Below are positions 26,841 to 37,298 of a DNA stretch of 61,080 nucleotides, piece by piece (position 1 is the first letter of the stretch; every line of letters begins with the position of its first letter). Below the pieces are notes generated by a model. The model was not told the DNA's origin and searched no databases. It worked only from the letters and a program-made list of their open reading frames with translations. The stretch covers positions 1 to 61,080 of the IMG/VR virus record IMGVR_UViG_3300037067_005176; one strand, 5' to 3'. This DNA comes from a virus. Lineage: Duplodnaviria; Heunggongvirae; Uroviricota; Caudoviricetes. Made by a program: the position numbers and the translations under genes.

Positions 26841-27362
26841 CTATTTACGTATTAATGTTCTTATTAACTTATAATTTCGTGTTTTTTTCCACACGCCATC
26901 GCCACTTAAAGAATCTCTCTCACCTTTACCATTTGTGTTACCTTCTACAGTGATGATGTTTTCATCGACTTGGTCTTCAATAACAATACCAATATGAGAA
27001 AAATCAAAAGTGACAATATCACCAGCTTTTGCTTTATCGTTTTCAGTTAAAATGGTAAGGCCTTTTGATTCTGCCCATTCATTAAAATCCCAAGCGCTAG
27101 CGGTTCTAGGTCTCCAATTCTCTACCTGTCTTGCGTTTTTTAATCCAAGTTCTTTCATTACTTCTTTAGATTCCAACGCGTTTTTAATAGCCCAGGCTAC
27201 GAAAGCTGCACACCAAGGCCATGCCGAAGGTTTTAACCAAGTTGCTTTTTGATATTCAACAATCATTGGGCCTTTGTTGTTGCCGCCGATTTCACGAACT
27301 CCGATTTGTGATTTTGCAATTCGTACCAATTCTTCTGAAAATTTACTCATTATATCCTCCAA
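26841..27362 (-). CDS. CHAP/NlpC-P60-type peptidoglycan hydrolase
   Basis: AKSQIGVRE, PWCAAFV, HIGIV, VEGNT. Confidence 0.85.
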   Translation of the reverse strand: MEDIMSKFSEELVRIAKSQIGVREIGGNNKGPMIVEYQKATWLKPSAWPWCAAFVAWAIKNALESKEVMKELGLKNARQVENWRPRTASAWDFNEWAESKGLTILTENDKAKAGDIVTFDFSHIGIVIEDQVDENIITVEGNTNGKGERDSLSGDGVWKKTRNYKLIRTLIRK

Positions 27363-28014
27363 AACTTTGTTTTGTTAGTGGGAAAGTATATCCTTTCTTA
27401 ATCCATTTATTTACAAACTTATCTTTATTTATAACCCAAGTTTCATTCATTGGACCTTCGGATTCGTGTTTCACTAAAATGTCAGCAACAGCTACATCAT
27501 ATCCTAAATGTTTTGCTTGAATACAAATATCAGCATCATAGAAATGATATCCTTCATATGTCTCATCAAACTTTAATATACCTTTTTTAAATAAATCTGC
27601 TCGTCCCATAAAACAGCAGCCATCAACCGAAACAACATCTTCACTAAATCCAACAGCTTCTACCATATGATTTTCAGAACCATCTGGATGACCTTGAATA
27701 ATATGTCCAATTGTCTCCAGACGTCTGTTACATGTCCACCAGCCGCCGTTTGCATTGAAAACAGTTGTACCTATTACTCCAACAATTGCAACATTCTGGA
27801 AGCGTTCGAAGACGATTTCAATTTTCTTTTCGAAATTTTTATCAATCACGGTAACATCATCATGCATAAACACAAAGACATCAACGTCTTCAGACATTGA
27901 TATCCCTTTATTATATTTTTCAAAGATTGAATCGCCTAAGCTGTTGTCTAAATATATAAAGTTTTCAGTTTGTGCTTTTGGATTTTCAGTTGGTATAAGA
28001 TACTTAATTTTCAT
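27343..28014 (-). CDS. GT2-like glycosyltransferase
   Basis: YNKG, FMHDDV, SVDGCC, FDE...HFYDADIC, H. Confidence 0.8.
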   Translation of the reverse strand: MKIKYLIPTENPKAQTENFIYLDNSLGDSIFEKYNKGISMSEDVDVFVFMHDDVTVIDKNFEKKIEIVFERFQNVAIVGVIGTTVFNANGGWWTCNRRLETIGHIIQGHPDGSENHMVEAVGFSEDVVSVDGCCFMGRADLFKKGILKFDETYEGYHFYDADICIQAKHLGYDVAVADILVKHESEGPMNETWVINKDKFVNKWIKKGYTFPLTKQSFGGYNE

Positions 28015-28663
28015 AAATTTTCCTAAACTCTATTTCTTTACCTCTTGCTGCAGCATCGGTAATTCCGTCAAGCATGCCCTCACTAACGCCTTCATCAATA
28101 TAAACAACAGTTTTTTTGGATAATAATGACCACGATTCTTTTAACTTTTTAACTATTGCATTGTGCTGAGGATTATTAATGTCGTAAATATCTGAATAAA
28201 GAAGATGAAATGCTACAGGAGATTCTCCTCGTTCAACGGAATCTTGTATTGCGAGTTTAACATATTCAGTATTAGTTTTTGCATCACCTCTAAATGGCGA
28301 TTCTAAAATTACAGGAACAGTTTGTGTTATTGGAATCTTATTGGCTTGTTCAGTTTTTATATTATTCTGTTTGAGAAAGTTATATATCTCATTCATTTGT
28401 TTTTGAAATAAAACGCCTTTCTTTATAAGGCCGATTTCATTTTCAACAAACACAACAGCGAATGGAAATCCTTTTAATCCAAACATTTCAGTGAGAATGA
28501 TTTCTTCGTCACGCATAACTTCAATTGCAACAAATGACGAAGTATCGTACTGAGATAAATCCTTTTCAAATTGTTCACATAACTCGCATGAATAAGATGT
28601 GAACACATAGACACCGTGATGTTTATCTTCGTTAAGGAACGCATTTAAATTTTGATGACGCAT
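28004..28663 (-). CDS. Thioredoxin-like domain fused to small Rossmann-like (ILESPFRG) domain
   Basis: CELC, GFP; ILESPFRGD...RGESPVAFHLLY...GVSEGM. Confidence 0.6.
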   Translation of the reverse strand: MRHQNLNAFLNEDKHHGVYVFTSYSCELCEQFEKDLSQYDTSSFVAIEVMRDEEIILTEMFGLKGFPFAVVFVENEIGLIKKGVLFQKQMNEIYNFLKQNNIKTEQANKIPITQTVPVILESPFRGDAKTNTEYVKLAIQDSVERGESPVAFHLLYSDIYDINNPQHNAIVKKLKESWSLLSKKTVVYIDEGVSEGMLDGITDAAARGKEIEFRKIYEN

Positions 28664-28681
28664 TTATTTCTCCTACTTAAA

Positions 28682-29061
28682 TTAAACCGTTTTATTTTTT
28701 GATATGAATGTTGTATAACAAACAGATGGGCTCAAAATTTCGTAAGCTTGTTTATAACTCGAATAATTAACGTCATTAATAACAACAGGCGTTGATTTAA
28801 TCGTTGAAAGCTTTGCTTTAATTTCATCTGAATGTGTTTTTCCTTTAAAATGATTGTTCTTTCGGTTTTTCATTTTTCTAAACACATAGAATCTCGTATC
28901 TTTCCTTTATTTGATTTTCCGATTTTTTCTCTTGTATCGTCTGAACATTGAATTCCAAAATTCCAAGGATGCTTTTCAAAATAGCCTTTAAGAAGTTTTT
29001 TGTTCAAACCTCTTGATTTAGCTCTTTCAACTATCGCATCATATATTCTTTGGTAATTCAT
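28682..29061 (-). pseudogene. Internally deleted, fragmented HNH/NUMOD3 endonuclease
   Basis: MNYQRIY N-terminus joined directly to NUMOD3 repeats; catalytic HNH core absent. Confidence 0.8.
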
Positions 29062-29183
29062 TGTTGAACCTCCTTATTTTTAACTTTATAAAGGACATTG
29101 GCGCGTCCTATAATATTTATACAAATGTAGTTAGATTGTTCAGGTTCAAACAATCAAATGGCGCCAACCATCTGTCCTACATA
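29062..29183 (-). promoter_or_regulatory. Structured HEG leader with anti-SD loop, kissing loops and late promoter
   Basis: TTGGCGC/GCGCCAA and TTGAACCT/AGGTTCAA complementarity; TATAAATA 29114-29121. Confidence 0.6.
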
Positions 29184-29501
29184 TTATGATTTGATTCGTT
29201 TTACTTTAATAAATTCATATCTTATAAAATAATAGCCATTCACCGGACAATAGTCCGAAACACTAGCAAGAACTAATGGTTTGTCCGTCCAAAATTGAAT
29301 AAATCGTAAAATAGGATTCAGTATGAGTTTCAATAGTGTTTTATGACATATGATTCCATTTTCAACTTTATAACAATCATTAATAGTATTATTCATCACT
29401 TCATATGAGGCTTTACATTGCGAGCGGACTTTATAAAACGGAGGTCTTATTCTTGAAGAATAGTATTGAATCATATTAATCCCATAATTTCTAAAATGCA
29501 A
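29184..29501 (-). CDS. Hypothetical protein
   Basis: ORF coupled to clamp loader gene. Confidence 0.4.
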   Translation of the reverse strand: MHFRNYGINMIQYYSSRIRPPFYKVRSQCKASYEVMNNTINDCYKVENGIICHKTLLKLILNPILRFIQFWTDKPLVLASVSDYCPVNGYYFIRYEFIKVKRIKS

Positions 29502-30433
29502 GCAGCAAACTGCAAATCATGTTGAGTGCTAAAGGCCGTTCTATATTCATATTCAGCAATATATAATATCGCTTGGGCTTGAACAGCCTTTGGTAATTGT
29601 GGAACAAGTCTTTCAAACATTTTTCCATAAAGATCTGAATAGCTGTATGAGTTTGCGGAAACAAAAGCTCTTGCTTTTGTTAGTTTCTTTGCTAAAATTA
29701 AATCAAATAGTTCATCATCAACATCAATCATTTTGAGGATGCGAGAATCAATCTTTCCATTTACAGCGGATGCTTTTTGAAGTAAACAAATCATCTTTCG
29801 CATATTTGGATAATTAGCATCAACCAATCCATTAACAACTTCAGAGTCAAATTCGACAGATTTAAATTTCAAAATTTGTTCAAGCCGTTTTTTAATCTTT
29901 GGCTTCATTTCTTCAACATATTGGGTGTCTTTCATGTTGAAATTAAATTCCATCATTCGACCTTCACGAAGAGCAGGAATGATTTGAGATACATAATTAC
30001 AAGTAAGAATAAAACGACAGGCTGAATGGAATTCTTCAATAAATCCACGTAGGGCTTTTTGTAAAGCAGGGGTTGCTCCATCAGCCTCGTCCATGATAAC
30101 AATTTTTGGTTTTCTAGTAAAAGACTTTGTACTTGCAAATTGTTTAATTTGAGTACGAAGTGTATCAATACCACCTTCGCTACTGATGTTTATGTAAATA
30201 TAATCAGCATTCAATTCGGCACATATAGCCTTTGCAATACTTGTCTTTCCAGAACCTGGTGTACTTGATTCAAGTAACAAATTTGGAATCTCTCCAGACT
30301 CAACAACATTTTTAAAAAATAATTTGAATTCATTAGGTAAAATCATATCATTTATAGTTTGTGGGCGAAAAGCTTCAACCCATAAATACTGTGATTTACT
30401 CTTTTGTTTTTGACTGACTGTCATTATTAACAC
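29471..30433 (-). CDS. Clamp loader large subunit (T4 gp44/RFC-like)
   Basis: WVEAFRPQT, PGSGKT, IMDEAD, RFILTCN. Confidence 0.95.
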   Translation of the reverse strand: MLIMTVSQKQKSKSQYLWVEAFRPQTINDMILPNEFKLFFKNVVESGEIPNLLLESSTPGSGKTSIAKAICAELNADYIYINISSEGGIDTLRTQIKQFASTKSFTRKPKIVIMDEADGATPALQKALRGFIEEFHSACRFILTCNYVSQIIPALREGRMMEFNFNMKDTQYVEEMKPKIKKRLEQILKFKSVEFDSEVVNGLVDANYPNMRKMICLLQKASAVNGKIDSRILKMIDVDDELFDLILAKKLTKARAFVSANSYSYSDLYGKMFERLVPQLPKAVQAQAILYIAEYEYRTAFSTQHDLQFAACILEIMGLI

Positions 30434-30980
30434 TCCTTAATAATTTGAAAATTTCATACACTGTTGTATTTAAATGCATTGCGGCTTTATTCATTGAAGA
30501 ATATTTAACATTATTAATCACGACAGGTTTAGCATTCTTTGGAGATTTTCCAAACATAGGATTCAAAGATCCTAAACATTTACCTATATGTGTGTTTCTT
30601 AATTTACTTCTAAGTTCATCGGTATAAACAACTTTTGTTCTATTTCGCTGTATCAATTCCAAAGTTTCTTTTGAACGTTTAATTCCAAACATTGGATTAT
30701 TTTCACCTGATGTTTGAATACTTTTAATTTTGGAGTTTTCATTTCTCAAAATCTCATATTGCTTTGAACATATTTTAAAATATCGCTTCTGATGAATATT
30801 TTTTGAAAATGAAATTTTGTGATATGCGAGAAACAATTTATGATTTTCTTTATTAGTCTTCCAAAGCAACCAATGACAAAGATAATGTTCACGTCCTATG
30901 AGAAGCACTAAATTATCTTTGTCATTTGAACCACCTTGGCATCTTGCGATTATGTGATGCTTTTCAAAATAGCCTCCTAG
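30396..30980 (-). pseudogene. N-terminally truncated HNH/NUMOD3 endonuclease
   Basis: Frame extends upstream (GYFEKHHIIARCQGGSNDKDNLVLL) to the stop of the previous gene with no start codon. Confidence 0.75.
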
Positions 30981-31382
30981 TTAAACATTTGATGCATCAG
31001 GTGAAATTTGAATCTGTCCTTTCTTTTGCATTTTATCCATAACGCGTTTTGCTTTTCTGTTTGTTGGAATAAACTGATTATTTGACGCAGCTCGCATTGC
31101 TTTTGGTATAATGCATTTACAAGAAATAGGAATCTGAGTTTTTGAATCAATGCCAACATAACCTCGACCAAAACATTTTTTGCATGATTTATCAGGATTG
31201 TTAAGTGTAATACCAAAGCGTTCAGCAGCGAACTTGATTTTCTCAAGTGGATTTAATTCAACCCTTTCGCCTGTTTGTGAATTAATATCAATAGTTGCAG
31301 GCATTAACGGTTTTACAGAAGCACCTGCAATATCAATAACTTCACCAAACTCTTCTTCATGAATCTGATTTTCGTTATTCAT
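30981..31382 (-). CDS. Hypothetical Zn-finger protein
   Basis: CKKCFGRG...CKC. Confidence 0.6.
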   Translation of the reverse strand: MNNENQIHEEEFGEVIDIAGASVKPLMPATIDINSQTGERVELNPLEKIKFAAERFGITLNNPDKSCKKCFGRGYVGIDSKTQIPISCKCIIPKAMRAASNNQFIPTNRKAKRVMDKMQKKGQIQISPDASNV

Positions 31383-31391
31383 TTAAACCTC

Positions 31392-32099
31392 TTACGAATT
31401 TTCTTCCGCTACGAAAATATCAACAATCGTGTCGTCTTCGCGAATCATTGACAACTTAATGATACCTTCTTCCTTTGCAGAAATTCGATAATTATCAGCA
31501 GGAAGCATCGCAAATGTATCCTTGGTAATATTTATTTCGAATTCCTTGTCTTCATACTTGTCTGCATCATAAACTTCTTCAAAAGTATTTGAAGACTTCT
31601 TGCTGAACAAAGTAAACTTAACCTTTGAATCAGCAATAGACAACTTAATGCTTTCGGCATTAACAAGATTCGTCATCTTGTTAATATTCTTGACATCATC
31701 AGATGTCATTACGAATTCTACATCAGATTCACCAAATTCAATTTCGTTGAATCCGCGCTTGATGATTTCAGAATTTGTAAGACGATAGCTGATCTTGGAA
31801 CGCTTTTCGGAAATAACCAAATCAAGTGCGTCGTCTTCATCCTGATTGATCTTCGGTTCCTTATAAACATTCAATAATTGATAAAATTCATTGAAGTCTA
31901 AAAATCCAACTTCAGTTCCTTCAAAACCGAAGTGGTCTGCTGGTGATTCAAAAATATAAGCAACTGAACCAGATGCATCAGAACTCTTAATCGAAATCTT
32001 ATCATCCGCAGTTTTCTCAATAAGAATAGACGGATTTATTGTAGTGAGACGACGAATAAGATCAATAGTGTTCTTCTTAAAAGAAATTTCATTAGCCAT
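31392..32099 (-). CDS. Sliding clamp (T4 gp45-like)
   Basis: TIDLIRRLTTINPSILI, GFLDFNEFY, size and position next to gp44. Confidence 0.85.
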   Translation of the reverse strand: MANEISFKKNTIDLIRRLTTINPSILIEKTADDKISIKSSDASGSVAYIFESPADHFGFEGTEVGFLDFNEFYQLLNVYKEPKINQDEDDALDLVISEKRSKISYRLTNSEIIKRGFNEIEFGESDVEFVMTSDDVKNINKMTNLVNAESIKLSIADSKVKFTLFSKKSSNTFEEVYDADKYEDKEFEINITKDTFAMLPADNYRISAKEEGIIKLSMIREDDTIVDIFVAEENS

Positions 32100-32223
32100 A
32101 GTGTTCTCCTTTTTATTAATTACTTTTTAAAAATTTTATCAGTTTCAGCTAACCATTTTATATAATTAGCTGAAATGTTTTCCCATATTTTAATATCAAC
32201 GATACTTATTTAATATCATTAAT

Positions 32224-32901
32224 TTAAATATAATTTTTTTCAATATCTTCTTGACGTTTGATATTTTCTTCATTTTTTGAGCAATAAAGATCAAAGAATA
32301 GTTCTTTATCAATTCCAAGCATTGCTCCCATCTTTACAAAGACTCCAATAGCACAATCAAAACACATCGATAATTCAGTTTGATTGATTTCGTAATCTTT
32401 ATAAGTTTTCCAATGTTTATATGGAAGATTGTTGATATATCGTCCAATCCAAAATGAAAGTTCAGACCAACCTTCGCCTATCGAATTGAATGTATATTCA
32501 GAGTCATAATCACCAATCTTTATATCGGTCGAATCTATACCTGTATAAAGAAACACATTCATCATAAAATGCCAAATATCAATAAATTCATACTGCATTT
32601 CAAGTTTTGCGGATTCAGTCATATTATGTTCAGGACCGTGAGTACAAAGAGCTCCTAAATATTTTTCTTCGGCATCAATCAATTCAAACCATTCAGTCGT
32701 TGCGGCACCCCAAAAATAAATTGCTTCTTTTGCACGATCAAAATCGGTCATCTCAGATTTTGGAAATTTGTTACCGCGTTTCTTTCCAACAAATTCTTGC
32801 AAAGAATTCTGCATTCCCAACATATAGTTAAGAGCATCTTCACGATATGGATAATGTTTAATTAAACTAGCGCAGGTGTTATCAGGATTGACAATTGTCA
32901 T
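32224..32901 (-). CDS. Dimeric dUTPase/dCTPase (T4 gp56-like)
   Basis: EWFELID, YEFIDIWHF, PYKHWK, KNEENIKRQ. Confidence 0.8.
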   Translation of the reverse strand: MTIVNPDNTCASLIKHYPYREDALNYMLGMQNSLQEFVGKKRGNKFPKSEMTDFDRAKEAIYFWGAATTEWFELIDAEEKYLGALCTHGPEHNMTESAKLEMQYEFIDIWHFMMNVFLYTGIDSTDIKIGDYDSEYTFNSIGEGWSELSFWIGRYINNLPYKHWKTYKDYEINQTELSMCFDCAIGVFVKMGAMLGIDKELFFDLYCSKNEENIKRQEDIEKNYI

Positions 32902-33645
32902 TTAACCTCCAATTACTTCGAACAAATTTCTTGACTTATAATAAACAGTTTCGTCGTTTACTATCTTATTCAACATATCAAAGTGTCTTTCATAAATATG
33001 CAATGAACCGCAATGTGTTGCGATTGTACCCATTTGCAAATCTGGGTAAGTTTCTTTCATTCTCAACAAAATTTCATGTTGAATAAAAACAAAGAAAGGT
33101 AAGTCGTTGCCTGCGCCAAAAACGAAATCTTGAGATCTCATATTCACTTGGCAATCAAGTTTTCCATTTCTTATAAAATATTGTGTAGACAACGTACAAA
33201 CGAAATCTTTGTTGTTTTCATATTTATGAAAAGGCTGGTTGAAGTTAATTACAGCTTGACGAGAATCTGCATCCTTCTTTAATGAATCGCAAACCCATTC
33301 AAACTGATTTCGTCCTTGCCATTTTTGTTTCCAAACATAAAAGCCGTAGTTCGAATTAATTTCACCATTTGGTCCAGCAATCTTTTCCCACATTGATGCA
33401 TGAGCTTTGATACCGTCAATAGTTAAGTCACCTTTCATATACCATTCAAGTTCTTTTTGCAAATATTTTTCAGATAGCTTACGATGTGGATTCGTCAAAA
33501 TACAAAAGTAAGGCTGCTCAACGATATATTTGCAACCAATAATTTCTTTTGTATGTTGTCCTCTTGGAGCATGCAATTCGCATATATCCAAAACATTACA
33601 AACTTTTTTAAATGTGCTATCAAAATCATATCCAGTAATTTCCAT
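32902..33645 (-). CDS. Thymidylate synthase-fold dCMP hydroxymethylase-like enzyme (T4 gp42-like)
   Basis: NSNYG, SRQA, KDFVCT, MRSQDFVFGAGND with Asp at the dCMP-specifying position, SLHIYERHF. Confidence 0.8.
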   Translation of the reverse strand: MEITGYDFDSTFKKVCNVLDICELHAPRGQHTKEIIGCKYIVEQPYFCILTNPHRKLSEKYLQKELEWYMKGDLTIDGIKAHASMWEKIAGPNGEINSNYGFYVWKQKWQGRNQFEWVCDSLKKDADSRQAVINFNQPFHKYENNKDFVCTLSTQYFIRNGKLDCQVNMRSQDFVFGAGNDLPFFVFIQHEILLRMKETYPDLQMGTIATHCGSLHIYERHFDMLNKIVNDETVYYKSRNLFEVIGG

Positions 33646-33725
33646 TTAAACCTCAAACTAAAAATCAAATTTAATAATTTTTTGTTCCAATTTCAATAAT
33701 TTTTTATAAAGTAAAAATTTTATAT

Positions 33726-34140
33726 TCACACTAACTCATTAAACTTATCTTCATTAATCAAATCAAGGAAATTTATTATTCTAAAATATTTTTGACTATC
33801 TTCATCAAACTTTACATAACGACTTAATGCTTGTCGATTTTTTAAGCTCGGTGATTGCTTCAATCTCATTCATAAAATCTCATTAAACTGATAATATTCA
33901 TAATCGAATCCTAGTTCTTGAAATATTTTTCTATCCATCTCTTTCCGAAATTCTAGGCACATTATTTCAATCAACTCGTCTCGAATATCAGATGAGCCCT
34001 GGAAGCGCTGTGTATATTTTGTTTTCAAGTTCATATTTTAATTGATTCAGAAGCAGTTTTTCAATATCAGTATTATGAAATACAGATAAATCTGCGGCTG
34101 CTTCTAAAGTCCATTTCGCATTAAGCTTTCGCGTCGTTGC
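33726..34140 (-). other. Three micro-ORFs/fragments, two resembling a gp23 capsid helix
   Basis: 33988-34140 ATTRKLNAKWTLEAAADLSVFHNTDIE; 33870-34034 DIRDELIEIMCLEFRKEMDRKI...FNEIL; 33726-33869 ...FNELV. Confidence 0.5.
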
Positions 34141-34774
34141 TTAGATTCTCGTTGCCGATATCATCAAACACCAAAGGAATTTGATCCTTGAATTCTGCAA
34201 GTAAAAGTTTCATCAAAGCTTGCATATCAGGATGTGCTTGTTTTGAAGTTCTCAATTTTAAAACATGACGCCATTCTCTCAAATTTGCAGTCATAACGAT
34301 TTCAGTCTTTGTGCAATTTGGAAGAACGCTTCTTGCATTTTCCGGTTTTACGCCATGAGCTAAAAGTTCAAAATAAATCTTTTCAGAATTTTCACATGAG
34401 TTTTTCCAAATTATATAATTATGAGACATTTCATCACACCAACGAGGTTTGATAAATGTAACATCGTTTCCAAATTTGTCTTGACTGTAATTGCAGTATC
34501 TTTGTGATTCCTGAGAATACGCGGCAATACGATGTCTAATTAATTCCATTGAAACTGCCCTATCAGTTATGAATCGAACCGATATTGAGTGGTGTTCTAA
34601 AACCGAATCATGTTTCTTAACATTGCAAATCATATTCACAAATGCTTTATGCGAATCGTCGGTTATTTTGCCTTCCGATTTATAGCATGTTCGCCCACAA
34701 AGCTCAATATGCTTTAGTATTTGTGTACCATCAATATTAGACATTATTTCATGAGATTGTGACAATATTTGCAT
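34121..34774 (-). CDS. thyX: Flavin-dependent thymidylate synthase
   Basis: GRTCYKS, HDSVLEH, RHRIAAYSQESQRY, ARSVLP, NLREWRH. Confidence 0.95.
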   Translation of the reverse strand: MQILSQSHEIMSNIDGTQILKHIELCGRTCYKSEGKITDDSHKAFVNMICNVKKHDSVLEHHSISVRFITDRAVSMELIRHRIAAYSQESQRYCNYSQDKFGNDVTFIKPRWCDEMSHNYIIWKNSCENSEKIYFELLAHGVKPENARSVLPNCTKTEIVMTANLREWRHVLKLRTSKQAHPDMQALMKLLLAEFKDQIPLVFDDIGNENLSNDAKA

Positions 34775-35020
34775 TCATTCCTCGCATTTACATTTATTAA
34801 GTTTTCTTCCATGAAAATAACCATTTGGTATTTGTTCGTTATTGACGTTTATAAATATACATTTATATCCGTTGTTATACCAAGATCTTTTACTTTCGAA
34901 CATAGGATTTTTATCACCGGTTCGTTTACCTATTCCAGATTCATTTATTATAACACTCTTTTTAGCAATGTTATCCCATGTTTGCGCGTGTTGAATTTTT
35001 AACTTTAATTTCTTTTGGTA
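34775..35020 (-). pseudogene. C-terminal remnant of a NUMOD3-type endonuclease
   Basis: Hand translation GKRTGDKNPMF...SWYNNG...IPNGYFHGRK. Confidence 0.55.
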
Positions 35021-35048
35021 TATACATGTAATTCCTTATAAATATTAT

Positions 35049-35354
35049 ATGTTTAAATGTGAGTTTCCAAATTGTGAATACACAACAAAATTTAGATCAA
35101 AGATAGATTTTCATCATGTAATTCCTAAAGAACTAAATAAAAATTCAAAATTGACAATATGTTTATGTAAAAATCATCATGCATTAATATTTCATCCTGA
35201 TTCAAAACACGGTCAACATTCAATAAAAACAAACGATTCTTTAATTATATTACATACATATAAATCCACAGTTGGCAAAGCTATACTGTATGAAGATATG
35301 AATAATAAAAGGTTCTTTTATTTTCCAGACACTAAAGAAATTTGTAATGATTAA
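35049..35354 (+). CDS. Small HNH endonuclease on the opposite strand
   Basis: CEFPNC, DFHHVIP, LCKNHH; TATAAATA at 35037-35044. Confidence 0.75.
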   Translation: MFKCEFPNCEYTTKFRSKIDFHHVIPKELNKNSKLTICLCKNHHALIFHPDSKHGQHSIKTNDSLIILHTYKSTVGKAILYEDMNNKRFFYFPDTKEICND

Positions 35355-35890
35355 ATTTGTTCCAATTCAATCTTTTTCATTCCAGCAGCTTCCTTTAAAA
35401 GGTCAAATCCGTCAGAACTTCTATCATATATGTGTTTATAATAAACCTTTTTAATTCCACTTTGAAGAATTAATTTTGCACAATTTGGGCAAGGTGTAAT
35501 AGTTATAAATATTGAAGCTCCTTCTGTTGAAATATTATTTTTAGCTGCAAAAGCCAAACAATTCTGTTCTGCGTGACATTCATACTTTTCGCTAAATTCA
35601 TGATGACGTTGCAAAAAGTCCATTTTTGTAACTTCAATGTTATCAATATAATACAACTTAGGTTCTTTATAATAAGATTCATCTTCCGCACAGACTTTTT
35701 CTTTAATAACAAAAATATCTTCGCAATGTTTAAATCCAGAAGGAACGCCATTCCAACCTGTACTAATTGTTCGTCCGTCTTTTACAATAATAGCAGCAAC
35801 TTTTACTCTAGCGCATGTCGAATTTTTTTCTAAAATTTCTAAATATTTTTTAAATGTATTTTTCAGTTTGGTGTTCATCATCCTATCCAT
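35351..35890 (-). CDS. dCMP deaminase
   Basis: STCARVKV, TGWNGVP, HAEQN, PCPNC. Confidence 0.95.
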   Translation of the reverse strand: MDRMMNTKLKNTFKKYLEILEKNSTCARVKVAAIIVKDGRTISTGWNGVPSGFKHCEDIFVIKEKVCAEDESYYKEPKLYYIDNIEVTKMDFLQRHHEFSEKYECHAEQNCLAFAAKNNISTEGASIFITITPCPNCAKLILQSGIKKVYYKHIYDRSSDGFDLLKEAAGMKKIELEQI

Positions 35891-36396
35891 TTTTTAAATT
35901 CATTAAATATTTCAATTTCATTTCTATATTGATTTCCATTATTGACTTTAAGAATTGACTTATTCTTAATATTTGACTTTCTGAATGCTTCAAAAAATAA
36001 ATCTTGTTCTCTATCCCTTGCGCTAAAATCAAACGACAATCCATCATCTTTCATTATTGAAAAATCATCAGTGCACAACAAAATTAATTTAGTATCTTCA
36101 AGTGCATCTGGATATAACTGTTCAATATCAAATATGAAATTTGGATCTGTCTTTCTATAAAGAGGACCATAAATATATTCACCTAAATGACAACGATCAA
36201 AGATTAAATTATTAAAACGATTATCCAAAAGTCTGAAACATTCCTTGAAAAACTTTTCTTGGTATTTCCCAGGATTCTCAATTCCTTTAGGAGGAGATGA
36301 ACAATGAATAATAGGATGAGGACCGTAATTCTTAAGAATATTGTTGATAAGAGTCGACTTTCCACACCTGTCCACGCCTTCGCATATAAGCTTCAT
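35878..36396 (-). CDS. Thymidylate kinase-like nucleotide kinase
   Basis: EGVDRCGKST, IFDRCHLGEYIYG. Confidence 0.85.
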   Translation of the reverse strand: MKLICEGVDRCGKSTLINNILKNYGPHPIIHCSSPPKGIENPGKYQEKFFKECFRLLDNRFNNLIFDRCHLGEYIYGPLYRKTDPNFIFDIEQLYPDALEDTKLILLCTDDFSIMKDDGLSFDFSARDREQDLFFEAFRKSNIKNKSILKVNNGNQYRNEIEIFNEFKKWIG

Positions 36397-37298
36397 AAAT
36401 ATCTCTCCTTAAACTTAACATCATATCTTTCAATGAATTTAATGTCACCAGTTTTATACAATGTTTTTATTTCGTCAGTTGTTATCTTTTTAATATCTTC
36501 TTCAGTAACAACTTTGAAATTTTTAAATAATTCTCTGGCTGCATTAAACTTACTTTTATTATCAATCGTATTAACCAAATGTTTTGGTTTAATTTCAACG
36601 ATTTCATCAGTTTCAAATATATAAAAATCCGGAAAATAATTACGTTCCATTCCTTCAAAATTTAAATATTTTACTGCATATTTCTTATGCTCGGCATGTT
36701 CAAACTTAATGTCATTATCAATTAAATAAACTAAATATGATAACTCTAAAAGGCTTCTAAAATAATACCCTTTATACCATCCACTCCATCCATTTCCTGA
36801 ACCCGTTGGAGAAGGTTTACCAAACATTGCATTTTTAGAACCTAATTGCGAAGATGATATTTTTGATTTCATTTCATCAGCTTTTTCTTTCCCATATCTT
36901 TCCTCAAATGTTCCAAATAGAGGTCTATCAGCAAAGCCTCTTGAATACTTACCACCAAAGTTTTTATTATTTTTGCCTGAAGATTTTAAAGATTGTATTT
37001 TCTTTATTTTCTTCGCTTTTTCGTCTCCAAATATTTCCTCAAAAGATTTGCCTTTCATCAAACGGATGGATGCTAATCCAGCATTCCTGCTCGCATTTAA
37101 CATTACACCGTTCTTATGCTTTTTCCTCATCTTACACGAACTACACAAATCAGCTTTATATTTTTCAAAACATATATTTCTATTTGACAAAACACTATCA
37201 TAAATTTTTTCGCACCCATCGCATTTAACATTTATTCTTTGAGAATTATCAAAACGATCAGGAAATTTTACTTGATATTTTAACTCTGTAATAATCAC
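36393..37298 (-). CDS. TnsA-like PD-(D/E)XK homing endonuclease
   Basis: GNGWSGWYK, FRSLLEL, YFPDF, VEIKP; likely GTG start at 37298 after SD GGAGG. Confidence 0.8.
   Translation of the reverse strand: MIITELKYQVKFPDRFDNSQRINVKCDGCEKIYDSVLSNRNICFEKYKADLCSSCKMRKKHKNGVMLNASRNAGLASIRLMKGKSFEEIFGDEKAKKIKKIQSLKSSGKNNKNFGGKYSRGFADRPLFGTFEERYGKEKADEMKSKISSSQLGSKNAMFGKPSPTGSGNGWSGWYKGYYFRSLLELSYLVYLIDNDIKFEHAEHKKYAVKYLNFEGMERNYFPDFYIFETDEIVEIKPKHLVNTIDNKSKFNAARELFKNFKVVTEEDIKKITTDEIKTLYKTGDIKFIERYDVKFKERYL

Noticed and set aside
30909-30983. Stop-codon readthrough fusing the Zn-finger gene to the downstream HNH
   Set aside because: In frame, but the stop is TAA and no readthrough signal is evident; deletion of the HNH 5' end is simpler
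32902-33645. Canonical thyA
   Set aside because: Asp rather than Asn at the substrate-specifying position, gp42-like motifs, and a separate ThyX is present
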